A DNA stretch of 64,000 nt from Azolla caroliniana (lineage: Eukaryota; Plantae; Polypodiophyta). Location: contig JBHGNT010000009.1 in NCBI GenBank assembly GCA_043228905.1, forward strand, positions 15,624,001-15,688,000, in the 5' to 3' direction. This document shows positions 37,101 to 50,400 of the stretch, one piece after another. The translations under genes were made by a program, and so were the position numbers. The first letter of the stretch is position 1; each line of letters opens with the position of its first letter. The notes below the pieces were generated by a model. That model worked only from the letters and a program-made list of their open reading frames with translations. It was not told where the DNA came from and searched no databases.

Positions 37101-40100
37101 TGTGAAATGCACTCTTCCACTTGTCTCCCGGTCGAATACGGACAAGATTATATGCACCCCTTAGATCAATCTTGGTAAAATGCTTTGCCCCACCAATGCA
37201 CTCTAAAAGACTGGAAATTAAAGGTAGAGCATACCTGTTTCTTATTGTCACTTTATTTAATCCCCAATAATCCACGACCAAACAAAGTGAGCCGTCCTTT
37301 TTCTTCACGAAAAAGATAGGAGCACTAGCTGGAGACTTTGAATGTCGAATAAATCCACTTGCAAGATTCTCGTCAATGTATGCTCGAAGAACCTCAAGCT
37401 CCGTTGGTGACATATTGTAGTTCGGACCCCATGGTGGCTCTTTTCCTAGCTGTATATCAATGGGACAATTGTATGGCCGATGCTTTGGAAGTACACTAGC
37501 TTTGACTTTGTCAAAGACATAAGCATATTCTTGGTACTTTTTAGGAATGTAGACCTCTGAATTCCCTTGAGTGTCACTAGAAGGTGCAATTGATATGGCA
37601 AATAAGAATAAATCTTCTTTTGCTCCTTCTTGGCATAATTATTCTAGGTTGATGGTTGAAATCTGATGAAGAGGAACAACATGTTTGGTAGAGGGTGAAT
37701 TGGTAACACTACGTTTTTCAAGGGGAGGATCCTGGGTTCGACCCTTGACTACTATGTTTCCTTTTGAAGGGCACCTAATTTCTCGTCGTCTCCAATCAAT
37801 TCTTGGGTTGTGTAGCTCGAACCATGGCAAACCAAGGACTATTGGATGCTCAGGGCTACGGATTATGTTAAAGGAGACTACACATCCTAAATCACCTAAG
37901 AGTATGTGTATCGGCTTAGACTCCTCGAATATCTTTCCAGAAGTTTGGGACGTCCATCAATCACTACTACGCAAAACTGGGCAAGGAAGTTTATGCAAGG
38001 CTATTTGATGTTTTCGGGAAAAATCTCTATCCATGAAACAAGAATTGGCTCCAGTATCTAAGAGAGCTGGGACATGAAGTTGACAACTTGGTGTCCTAAC
38101 TTGTACTTGGCTTGAGAAAACTCTACTAACATGCTTGGAAGAGATGGGACCCACACTTGGCTGTATAGATCTGGGATTGTCCAACCAAACGGCTCCGATT
38201 TTGGCTGGACTTATTTGTTTGACTCCTCTTCTAATTGGCTTAGGACCTCAAACTTATTGGATAGAGTTGGATTACTAGAAACACTAGTTGGCACAGTTTT
38301 AACAATGCTAGACTCATTTCTATTATCAATAATGCTAGACTCATTTCTATTATCATAGTTAATGTGATGTACCTGATGCCTCGATCTGTGTGGACAATGA
38401 ATGGCAATATGTCCTGGACCTCCACAATATAAGCATAGTCAATTTGCTCGACGACATTGTTTCTCTTCATCTGATAAAGGTCCTTGTCGCCGGGTCATAT
38501 CAATCTCCATCGGTGTCGGGCTATCCATCGGTGTCGGGCTACGTGCTTGCCATGGAGTTGGGACGGGGCTATATTGTTGCCTTGGAGATTGTGCTGTCAC
38601 TGATGCATAAGTTGGCGTAAATCTTGATCTTGTTTGTTGTTGTTGTCGCTCGGACCGACGCTCAAAAAGCCGATTATCACACCGTATTGCTCGGCTAATA
38701 GCTTCTGTAAGGGATTTTGGATCCTCATGGAAGGTAAGAAGTAAATCTTTTACATCTCCACGGAGGCCCGAACGAAACTGCTCCATTGCAGCTTGTTCGT
38801 CCCAAGGAATATCATTTGCAATGAGACGAAAATTGGGTGCATACGTTGATGCTGGTTGATCCCCTTGTCGCAGTGTGCGAATCTTGTTGATTATCGTTCT
38901 TACACTATCTGTGTCTCCGAAGCAAGCCTTAAACTCTTTGATAAATTCTTCAAAGTTGTGTTGGGTGTATGTCCCTCCAGTAGCAGGATGATCTGACTGT
39001 TCAGAAAGCCGACAGTCGAAGAGTCGGAAAACAGGAGCCGAGCTGATGAGGGCCGAGGCCGAAACCGAAATCGTGTACATAAGCCAACTCAGGAGACTAT
39101 AATTGTAAATAGTCTAGATGTGAGCCCCATGTGGGCCACATATGTAAATAACCAGAAAGTTGCGTAAGTATATATGCAACTAGGGCAAACTTTTAGTGGT
39201 GTTAGAACAGTGTGTGCAGAGAGCGAGAGAGAGCGAGAGAGAGTGTGTGAGAGGAAGGTAGAGCTGCGCCATAGCTGTGTGTGTAATAGCAGACGCGAAG
39301 AGTCCTATGTGGCTGATGCACTCATGAGAGAGTGTTGTAATCTTCTCGCTATTGTATATCCACTATTTTGTATAGTGAAGAATCTGTTCCCGTGGTTTTT
39401 CCCGTTTTAGGGTTTCCACGTAAACCTCTGTGTATACTTCTGTTCATCTTGTCTTTCTGTATTTCTGCAATTCGTATTTCAGCGCGTAATCTGTTTACTG
39501 TGATTTATATTCCGCAACAATTTCTCAACAAGTTGTTGAGTAGGGGCGAATTTGCTTCTAGCAATGGAGCAAACCATGACAATGCCGTGCCAATCAATAA
39601 AGTGCCCACTAATCCGACTCGAGATGAATCCGTCGGATAACGCGTGGGATGCATCTGAATTACCAACCGCACTTGATTTATAAAACCCCAAAAATGTGCT
39701 CTCGACCCATCGAATTTAGTTAGGAGGCTGATTTTGGGCTCCTTAACAACTCCTTGACTATCGACTTTTAGTTGTTGTAAAGCTACTATTACCGACTCTA
39801 GTTGTTGAACCCTTCGTGTCAACTCGTCGTGTATTTGTTGCTTCTCTATTGAAACCTTTTGTAGTTCTTCAAGCAATCGTTCCAGCTCTAGTGATGCAAA
39901 CTTGCTTTTGAGATTCTCCATTTCTGCAACAAGGGTGAGGTATTCTTGTAGGTTGCCAGCAACCATGGGTACTTACTAGTGTTTGTGGAAGAGGCTAGAC
40001 GAAAAGAAGAAATTCGAATCAAACTGTCAGAACCAAGAGAGAAGGTAAAGTGATAGAAGAAAGATATAAAGAGATCACAAGAAGAGGAATGAAATGATAA

Positions 40101-40446
40101 GAGAAGAATGAATGTATTAAAGTAGAATAAGAATGGATACAAGATAGGCGATGAGAGCTTAAGACTTGTGTTGATTCGAATTGGTATTGAGAAGAATTGT
40201 ATGACCATATTTATAGGTTTCTATAGAATAACCTAGTGATTTCTATAATGTTCTAGAATGTTCTAGACCTAGAATATTTTAAGATGTTCTAGGATATTCT
40301 AAAATGTTCTAGAACATTTACAAGAAATAGCTTTTATTATTTCATATAATCATATGTTATCTTAATGGTTAGGTTCTTGATTATGTATTACAAGGTCTTG
40401 GGTTCAAGCCCAAGTGAAGCCACATAATGTTCACGGATTCATGACA
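34117..40446 (-). mobile_element. Degenerate Tcn1-like chromovirus no. 2
   Basis: LTRs 34117-34554 and 40025-40446, TSD CGTAC, and frameshifted gag/pol fragments homologous to chromovirus no. 1 including the chromodomain. Confidence 0.95.
38959..39530 (+). repeat. Solo LTR (probably Copia) inserted in gag of chromovirus no. 2
   Basis: TGTTG...CAACA ends, TSD AGTTG. Carries the GGGTTT(T)CCACGTAAA motif also present in the Copia LTRs at 47444 and 54273. Confidence 0.88.
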
Positions 40447-42004
40447 CGTACAACAAAACGGACAATTCAACGGAAAAGATGCGTCACCTTATTTACGTGA
40501 CTACAAGGCGGAGATGATTCGATGTGGGATATCAAAAAGATTGCAAGTCATATCCTTCAATCAGGTGGCCACAAGAGAGCATCCACAAGATACGGCAACA
40601 AAACCCGACATGGGGGTCATTCGAAGAAGCTTTACGAGAGGCATATGATTACGAGACACCTAAGGGACGAGATCAGTGCGAGTTCGACAAATGGGTGGAG
40701 TTTGAGCATCATTTTGCTCAACTCTCGGAGCGGGAACAAAGATTGGTGGGGGAGGATAAAGTCCTAATGTTCGTAAGATCGATCGATCGGAAAGAAAGGA
40801 TGGACATCGGGATTGAACTCGAAGATGATGACGGTGCAAATGGTCTTACCAAGGATTGGGCTAAAGTTGAAAGAGTATGCCGAAGACATGATAAGAGGAA
40901 GATGAGAATATCGTTAGCAACAACATGGCCTATAAGGGATGATCGATTAAGGATGAACTATGTGGCTACGGGAGGGGTGTGGAATATTTGGAAATTGGAT
41001 ATATTTCTAAAAAACGCCAATTAATAAACTATATTTGTGGGATTCATGAAATAAACTATACTTGTGGGATTCACGAGGTTTCTATTTCTCTCTCTTTCAA
41101 TCCAAATTCATATTCTTATCTTAATATTGATTAATCTAATAAAATACATTATACTTGTGGGATTCACGAGGTTTTTTATATCTCTTTCTTATAATCTATT
41201 CGTATTCATAACTAGATTAGCCTCAAATTCTTCCTCCTCTTAGTCCAAAACCCCAGCAGTTCCCACCCGACTCACGCAACGATCCGGCGCCGAAAGGCAT
41301 GACAACGTTGTCGTGAAGAAAACCGTCCACGAGCGGAATCGGTGCACTGGAGCATAGGAACCGGCTCTTCATGCACGTACGCCTTATGTTGTAAATAAGA
41401 GAGAATTAGGGACATGGAAGATCCGAGGTAGGTAGATTCGGTAGGTAGGAAGTTAATAGGAAACGGCTCCCTTCTTGCCTATAAAAGGAGGGAGACGAGG
41501 AAGAGGAAGGGATCGCGGAGAGTCGAGGACGAAGTGCTGTCGGTTTGCGGAGGCGAAGGGTTCTCTCTCTCTCTGGCTCGCAAACTCCGTAGCTTCTTGC
41601 TGTGCAGGTTTCGGGAGGCTCGCACTGCTCTGAGGAATGCCTGAGTGCTTCCGGCAACACCTCCAACCTACTCTTTCCTTTCTGTGCATTTATGAACAGG
41701 CATCGGCATCTGTTCGCCGGCCTGTTCGGTTGTAACAGACTTCGTGCTTCTTGTTGTTTGTTTGTTAATATATATATTTACATACATTCGTGTCCCTCGG
41801 TGTCTGCGTTCCACTCGCGTCTTTGTATCGAAGGGCCGTGTCCCTGTGAATCTACGCTCGCACGTAGTGGGTCCCCTCCCTTCTCCTTTCTCTCTTGCTC
41901 TTCGGTACAAGACCCCCGAGGTCCCGCCCCATTCCACGCATCCGCGAGGAATACCTCGACATCTTGGTGAACCCGACGTGAAGGAGGCGGCAGAAGAGCA
42001 GAAG

Positions 42005-44110
42005 ATGAAGGGGTCGGATCTTGCGGAGGCCATGGCTTCGGCAGTGGATCGGATATTGAGCGCACGCGAGGGCACCGGCGCCCTTGACAGAGCCATTGAG
42101 GCGGTCGTCGGTACAATCGGCCGGTTCAGCGGAAAGGACGCCACGAAGTATTTGGCGTCCTACGGGGCAGAAATGCTGATGCGGGACATTCCGGAAGAGA
42201 GGCGTCTTGCCGGGTTCCCTCGAGTGGCGATGCCGAGCATCCATGCGGAGGTGCTCGAGGTGCGGGCGGAGAGCCGTACCTGGGAGGAGTTCGAAGGTCG
42301 ACTCCTAGAAAAATACGGGCTGGACGACACGTTCCGGCTTTCGAAAGGACTTCATGGAGTGGGTGGAGTCCCCCGGCAAGGGAAGAAACGCGTCGGCACT
42401 CCTTGGGGAGTTCGAAGAACGCTTTGCGCGCCTTTCGGCGCTTGACCGAACCGTTCTGGATACGAGCCGGGTCCTACTATTCGTCAAGTCGGTGGACGAG
42501 CGGGACCGGGATCAAGTCGGCTCCTTGTTGGAAACCGAAGACGGGCTGACGACCGACTGGGCTGCGGTTAAGAGAGTCTGTGGCCGTTTCGACAAACGAC
42601 GAGAATGGGCTGACAACGGGGCGGCTGGTACGGGCTCTGTCACAGCAAGGAGGCTTGAACTAGCACCGCAAGGGCGAAGGGAAGAAACCCGGGAATGGCT
42701 CGAAACCGGTCCGGCTTCGACCGGCATGGTCAGTGGCTCGTCCGGAGGAGCAGCGCTGGAGGAGTTGACGCGGGCGATAAAGGATCTCCAGATCGCCTAG
42801 ACTCGAAGGGAAGGCGGCGAACGGGCTCGTGACCGACGGCCGGTAGCAGGGAACAGGTGCATGTGGTGCGACGAGGGCGGCCACATTCGGAAGGACTGCG
42901 GCGATTTCGCAGAAGCGTTGAGGAACCGAGTAGTGTACCTGTGGGAAGGCCGGGTGCACGCCGGCGACACCAGAAGGGCCCTAAACCGAAATGACGGGCG
43001 AGGAGGAATGAAGAGACTGATGGAAGAGGCAGTGGCCCGACACGTGGAGGCCATCCACTACTCGGCGTCGGCCGGCATTCGGGTCGGGGGCAGCGAGGCC
43101 CATTCTGGTCGGCAATGCTGGAAGGTCTTGCCGGCGTGCGGCTAAGGAAAGATGAAACGGACCGCGCTGAGAGACGGGTCTGGGAAATAACCGGGTGGAA
43201 CGATCCGGTCGAGGAGAAGACGGGCTTCGTAGAAGCCGCCTGCCGGAACTACGAGGCTCTGGTAGAAGACAAACGAGTGGGGAAAGCTGGAGCGGCCGGG
43301 CCCTCACAACGGTACGAGACCCGATTCGGGCAACGACGGAACAATGCCGGTGGGTCCAGCTCGCAAGATAACCCCAGGAAGGGCGGATACCGAATGGGGA
43401 TGGAAATAGAAAGGACTACGGACCTACGAAAGGTCCTAGAAGAACGGATCCTCGACAGCAAAGTGGAGCTGTCATTGCGAGAGGTGCTAGGGATCACCAA
43501 GAAGGAGTTCCACGACTCCATTGTGGACCTGGGGAAACGGAAGAGGCTGTCGACGGAGACAGAGCCGGAAAGACCGGTGGAGGTGCGGACAACGCACATC
43601 GACGACATGGCGCTGGAAGATAAGTGGGCGGAGAGCCACTATTCAAGGCTGCACTGGGCCCGAGCGACCACGGAGACCCTGGTAAAGATCGGGGATGTTC
43701 AGGAACCGGTGGTGGCATTGGTGGACCACGGTTTGGAAATAAACCTGATGTCCATGGACTTCTATAAGAAGGGAAAGTGGCCGATCAACACCAAGCACGG
43801 GTGGAAGATAAGGGCGGCGACGCGCGCCACCGAGGAACTGCACGGGGCCTGCCCGAACGTGTGAGTCAAGATTGGCGACGTCGAGATTGACCAGCACTTC
43901 TTCGTACAGGAGACGTCCTCACACCCGGTCATATTAGGGGAACCATACTTCACGGCGGCGCGGATGGAGACCAAGGTGCTAGACAACGGTTCGGCCTACG
44001 CAAGGGTCAAAAGCCAGGACGGGCGCCATTTGGTCCAATTTCTGACGGTACGACCGAACCACGAGCGAAACCGCGAATCCCTCGGTGGCGAGAACCGGGA
44101 GGATTTTTAG
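42005..44110 (+). pseudogene. gag-protease of the Trp-primed Gypsy (frameshifts and stops)
   Basis: GRFSGKDAT, CMWCDEGGHIRKDC knuckle, ALVDHG.EINLM protease. Confidence 0.85.
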
Positions 44111-47100
44111 AGAGGGATGCCAAGGCGTGGGGCCGAGACAGTCCGGACACTCGGGAAAGACCCCACAGCTGTACGATAGAACCGAAACCGAAGAAACCTT
44201 GTGCGATAGGTAGAAAATTCTGCTTCTCCAACAACGGAGGGTGTATGATAGTCGGCATCGTTGGCCGAGAAAGGGCAAGGGCGGAGGAGCGACTTCGAGC
44301 GTGCGGAGTTCTCGGCCCGGACGAGGAAATCAACGGGGCTGTGGAGGCGGTCTCCTTCGACGACACCTTGGGGATGCTGAGGAAGGTAGCCGGGGAAGAC
44401 CTTAACGAAGATCGGACGATACCGGTATGTTCTGAAGAGATGTACGAGGTCATCGCGAACTTCAGCCAGGGGCTCCGGTCGGATCGGAAGGTAAGGCCAG
44501 TCGCGGCACCCTTACCGGAGGGCAGCGAGTCCCGAATCAGAGGGGTTGCGTCGGACCCCAGTTTACGAGATCCGGCCTGCATAGGACACACCTTCATCGA
44601 CGGGACGCTCCGGGAGCTCAAGATCGGTGGGGGCGGGTTCCTACTGCCGGCAGAGGAAGACCGGTTTCGGAGAATGCCGAGAAGGCACGGGAAAGCCTTC
44701 GCATTCTCGCCGGAAGAGATCGGGTGCGTAGACCCGACAATCATGGAGCCGATGGTGATATTCACGGTACCGCATGTGCCGTGGAATCTCAAGCCGATTC
44801 CGGTACCAAGAGCTCACATCCCGGCGTTGATGGAGCTACTGAGGCAGAAAGTCGATATGGGTATTCTCGAACCGTCGAGCGCGCCATACTCGAACCGATG
44901 GTTTACCGTACCAAAGAAAAACGGAACATTGCGCTTCATTCAGAACCTGCAGCCGGTCAACAGAGTGACCATTCGGAACGCAGGAATCAGACCGACCATA
45001 GACGAGTTCGCAGAGGCCTTCGCCGGAAGGTCAATTTACTCAGTCGGTGATCTGTACTCGGGGTACGACCAGTTCCAGCTAGCCGTGGAGAGCAGAGACA
45101 TTACGACGATGCGAACTCCCCTCAGCCTAGTGCGAATGTGTACCCTGCCACAAGGAGGGACCAACTCGGTGGCCCACATGGTGAATGCAATGAACAAGGT
45201 ACTGAGGGATTGCATCCCGGACATCACCATGCCATTTCTGGACGACATTCCGATAAAGGGGTGCCCGGTGGAAGAGAAGGACGGGACAGTCGGGCCGGAC
45301 GGATGCCGGCGATTCGTGGCAACACACATCGACGACTGCGAGAAGGTGCTACAAAGGCTAGAGGATGCGAGGCTCACCTTCTCCGGGGAGAAATCGGCCT
45401 TTGGGCAATCAGAAATCCTGGTGGTCGGACACCTGTGTGGACCGTATGGCCGGAAGCCGTCTCCAGCAAAAGTAGAAGCCATCTCCGCGATGAAGACCGA
45501 CTGTAGCTCGGTTATGGAAGTTCGGAGGTTTCTGGGGGCATGCGTGTTCTACCACATATGGATCCCGCATTACGCCCACGTTGCGGAGCCGCTATACGGG
45601 TTGCTGAAAAGGGGGCGAAAATTCGAGTGGCGAGACGAGCACACGGAGTCGGTCCGGAAGCTAAAGGAAGCTCTTGCGGCAGCACCGGCGGTCCGGAAGG
45701 CTGTCTACGAGAAGGGTACCCCGGTATACATAACGGTGGATACGAGTCCGACCGGGATCGGATGGGTCGTCAACCAAGAAGACGGGGACGGCATTCGGTT
45801 CCCAATCCGATTCGGCGCGAAGGTCCTCAGTGAGCGGCAGCGAGGGTACGCCCAGGTTAAACGCGAACTCTGGGGTATCGTTTCGGCAGTAAAGGCCGAC
45901 AAAGACTACCTGATCGGGACGGAAGTGATTATCGAGACGGATTGCCTGCCAATTCTCGGCATGGTTTCCGGATGCGCGACACCGGACCTGGCGATGCTCA
46001 GGTGGATAGCGTACATCAAGTCCCTGGATCCGGAAATACGGCACATTTCCGGAAAGGACAACGCCATGGCCAACATGCTTTCGAGGGCGAGGTTTGATGA
46101 CAAGGGCGGCATGGTTTCGGAGGACGAAGAAGTCGGCGTGGACTTCTTCGAGGCGGCGTACGTGACGACCGATGGGACGAGCACTCCGGCACTTAACGAC
46201 TTCGACGAGAGCAAGTACGACGGCGAGTGGCTCCAGATCGGTGGATTTTTGAGGACAATGACACCGGATGCGTCATGGACGAGGGACGAGACCAACCGGA
46301 TCCAGAAGAAAGCATACCGATTCTTTCTCCAGGACGAATACTTATGGAAGCACCCGAAGAAGAGGAACGGCGTCCCGCTCCGGGTGGTGGCGATGAAGGA
46401 AAAACAGGAGGAGCTGCTGACGGCCTACCACGACAGCCCTTGGGCTGGACACCGTGGAACGTGGGCCACGTTCGAGAAGATAAAGGGGAAGTACTGGTGG
46501 CCGGGACTGTACCGGGACGTGCATCGGTTCATGACAACTTGCGAGAGCTGTCAGATGCACTCCATAGTCCGACATCGGGACGAGCTTCACCCTACGTACC
46601 CTTCGACCATCCACTTCAAATGGATGGTAGATCTGGTGACGATGCCGATGGGAGTAGGACAAATGCGGTACCTGGTCCTGGCTCGGGAAGATCTGACGAA
46701 CCAGGTGGAAGGCCGGGCCCTTCAGAACAAAATGACTGCAGCCGTATGTCGGTTCCTGCTCGAGGACGTGATATGCCGGTACGGGTGCGTCGGGAAGATC
46801 GTGGCTGATCGCGGGGAGTTGGACGCCGAAGAGGCCGAGGAGCTGTTCGACCGGTTAGGAGTCAAGCTCTCGCTTACCACTGCGTACAATCCGGAGGCAA
46901 ATGGAAAGGTGGAGCGCGGACACGGACCGATCGTCAAGGCATTAGTTCGGGCATGCGGGGGTCAAGTCGGGAACTGGCCGCGGCTGCTACCTTACGCATT
47001 ATGGGCTGACCGAACTACGCACAGTTCGGTAACCGGATTCATGCCGGCAGAGCTCATGTTTGGGCAGAAGCCGATCATGCCGATGGAACGTACAGTCTTC

Positions 47101-47443
47101 TCATGGGCAACCGTGGACTGGAGAGACGAGATGAGCCGGGAGGAACTATTGGCAGCGTGCATACGTCAGCTCGAGCGAAGGCCGGAAGACGTGGAACAGG
47201 CTGCGGGAAAGCTTCGGGATGCAAGGATGAGGAACAAAGCCCGGTTCGACCGAACGCACCGGCTCCGACCGGAGAAGATCGAGGAAGGCAACTGGGTGCT
47301 AGTCTACGAAAGCAGCCTCGACAACCAGCACCGAGCGACACGGAAGTTTGCAAGAACGTGGTTCGGGCCTTACGTGGTACAAAGCGCCAACGACAACGGG
47401 ACGTACCATCTGGCGGAACTCGACGGCACGAGAATGGCGATAC

Positions 47444-50400
47444 TGTTGAACACCGCACTCGGCCACAACCGAGAAATAGGATCAAATCACAGAAAACAGG
47501 AAATACGAAATGCTCCAAGACAATAGAGAGAAAAGTACACAGTATGTTTTACGTGGAAAACCCTAAATGGGAAAAACCACGTGAGTCCTCAAACTCCAAC
47601 TCACACTATACACAGAGATGTACAATGGTGAAGCTACAAGGCAACAACCTTGAGCTCACTGTCTTCGCCACAGGCGGCGGCAATACACAGAGGCGTCGAC
47701 CTCTTCCTTTCTTTCTCTCTCTCTCGGCTGCTCTCACTTCGCTCTCTCGCCTAGAACATAAAAATGAGCAACAACAACAAAACTGTTTGCCCTAAGTCAT
47801 ATTTATACGCATATGACTTTCGGGCTATTTACAAATATAGCCTCAAGGGCCCTTGGCAAACATATTCACAAATATGTCCCCGCATCCGGATCTCGCTCCG
47901 GGTACATACATCATCCGGCTCCGTAACCGGGGTCTTCATCATCCGGCTCCGTAACCGGGGTCTTCATCATCCGGCTCCGTAACCGGGGTCTTCATCATCC
48001 GGCTCCGCAGCCGAGGTCTTCATCATCCGGCTCCGTAACCGTAACCGGGCTTGCCGTCATTCATCTCCGGACATCCCATCCGGAGGGACCGAAATCCCAA
48101 CAAACTCCCCCTTCACTTCGGCATGGGATGTCTCTCCAATCCGATCCTCTTCCGGCATGCTTCCAGCTTGTCGGGTGTGAGCACTTTGGTCAGCATATCT
48201 GAGCCGTTCTCGTCCGTGTGGATCTTCGTCAGCACGAACTCCTGATCTTCTATCCTTTCCCGGATCCAGTGATATCTACGCTGGATGTGCTTCGTCCGGG
48301 AGTGATAGGCCGCGTTCTTCGCAAGGTGGATGGCACTCTGACTGTCGCAGTAGAGTCGGTACTCCTCCTGCCGGATACCGAGCTCTCTAATGAAGTCCTT
48401 CATCCATATCATTTCCTTGCCGGCTTCAACAGCCGCCATGTACTCCGCCTCCGTGGTTGACAACGCAACCGTCTTCTGTAGCCTCGACTGCCACGAAACC
48501 GCTCCCCCTGCATACGTCATCACATACCCTGATGTGGACCGGCTGGAATCTGCATCAGCCGTCGAGTTCGGGCTTACCGGAGCCGAATCGGAGGCACACG
48601 TTTGCCGTGCCCTTCAGGTATCAAAGTATCCACTTGGCCGCGTTCCAGTGCTCTTTGCCGGGATTGCTCATGTACCGGCTCACCACTCCAACTGCATATC
48701 CTATGTCCGGTCTTGTACACACCATTGCGTACATCAAGCTTCCGACGGCAGAGGCATATGGTACTTTCATCATGTCCTCTTTCTCAGCCTTTGTCCTGGG
48801 GCTTTGCTTGCTGGACAGTTTGCAGTTTGCCGGGAGGGTTGATCCGACCGGTCTTGCTTCCGACATGTTGAACCGTTGAAGCACCTTTGTCACGTACTTC
48901 TCTTGTGACAGCCACAACTGCTTCTTGCTCCGGTCCCGGATGATGTGCATCCCTAGTATTTGTCTCGCCGGACCCAAGTCCTTCATTGAGAAGGTTCGGT
49001 GAAGAGCCTTCTTCAGCATCCGTATCTTGGCCTGGTCCCGTCCGACGATCAACATGTCGTCCACGTACAGGAGGAGTATTTGAGAGTCTCCTCCTTCGAA
49101 CTTCTTCACAAACACGCAGTGATCAGACTGCGTTTTGTGGTACCCTTCGTCGGTCATGAAGGAGTCGAACTTCCGGTACCATTGCCGGGGAGCCTGCTTC
49201 AGTCCGTAAAGGCTCTTCTTCAACCGGCATACCAGGTGCTCCTTCCCTTTCTTCTCGAATCCTTCCGGTTGCTGCATGTAGATCTCTTCTTCGAGGTCAC
49301 CGTGAAGGAATGCCGTCTTCACGTCCATCTGTTCTACCTCGAGGTCCATGCTTGCCGCTATGCTCAGCACCGTCCGGATGGAGGTCATCTTCACTACCGG
49401 GGCAAATATCTCGTCGAAGTCGACGCCCTTCTTCTGCTGAAACCCCTTCACCACGATCCTGGCTTTGTATCTCGGGGGGTTTCCGGCATCTCCCGGTTTC
49501 AGCTTGAACACCCACTTGTTACAGAGTGCCCGTTTTCCTTTCGGCAACTCCACAAGTTCATATGTGTGGTTCTCATGCAGGGAGTCCATCTCCTCCTGCA
49601 TGGCACTTAACCACCTGCGGCTATGGGTGTCATGCTTCGCTTCTTCAAAGCTCTCCGGCTCCCCTTCGTCGGTTAGCAGCATGTGCTCTGGTTCCGGAAA
49701 TCTCCGGGGGGCCCTTCTCTCTCTTAGAGGATATCTCCGTTCGGGAGCTTCGGTAACCGGTTCTTCCGATTCTTCTTCATCCGAATCCATTTCGGGATCG
49801 GGGCCGGTTCCGGTATTATTTTCATCTTCTTCGGCCGGTTCTGTTTCTTCACCGTCTTCGGCCGGATCCTCGAGTGCTAACCGGTCCCTTGCCGGTCGGG
49901 ACTGCTCCTCGTAGAGTTGATCCTCACCGGTCGACTTGGAGCTCTTCATCTTCTTCTCCGACTCCCAGTCGGCGAGTGTCTTGTCCTCCATGAAGATGAT
50001 GTCTCGACTCCTGAATATATTCTTGTCGACCGGGTCCCATACTCGGTAGCCGAACTCATCGTCGCCGTAACCGAGGAATATGCATGGCCGGGTCTTTGGA
50101 TCTAGCTTTCCTCTCCGGTCCTTTGCCACATGCACGTATGCGAGACACCCGAACACCTTCAGATGCCGGTAGGACACTTCCTTACCGGTCCACACTTTCT
50201 GCGGCGTGTCTCCGTCCAAAGGTACTGAGGGTGATCTGTTTATCACGTATGTCGCCGTCGACATTGCCTCAGCCCAAAACCCCTTGGGTAATTTTGCATG
50301 CGCCAGCATACTCCGGACCCTCTCCATTATGGTCCGGTTCATCCTCTCGGCCAGCCCGTTCAGTTCCGGCATCTTCGGCACAGTAAACTCAAGCCGGATT

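Larger units (their letters stand above)
33646..41304 (+). mobile_element. Internally deleted, tRNA-Trp-primed Gypsy derivative (LTRs 33646-33969 and 40978-41304) hosting chromovirus no. 2
   Basis: Similar ~325-bp TG...CA repeats, PBS-like TGATGAACCCGACGTGA, PPT GGGAGGGG. Only ~670 bp of gag remnant remains once the nested element is removed. No TSD found. Confidence 0.8.

Noticed and set aside
33641-41308. TSD for the 33646-41304 element
   Set aside because: Flanks AAGGG and ACGT do not match.
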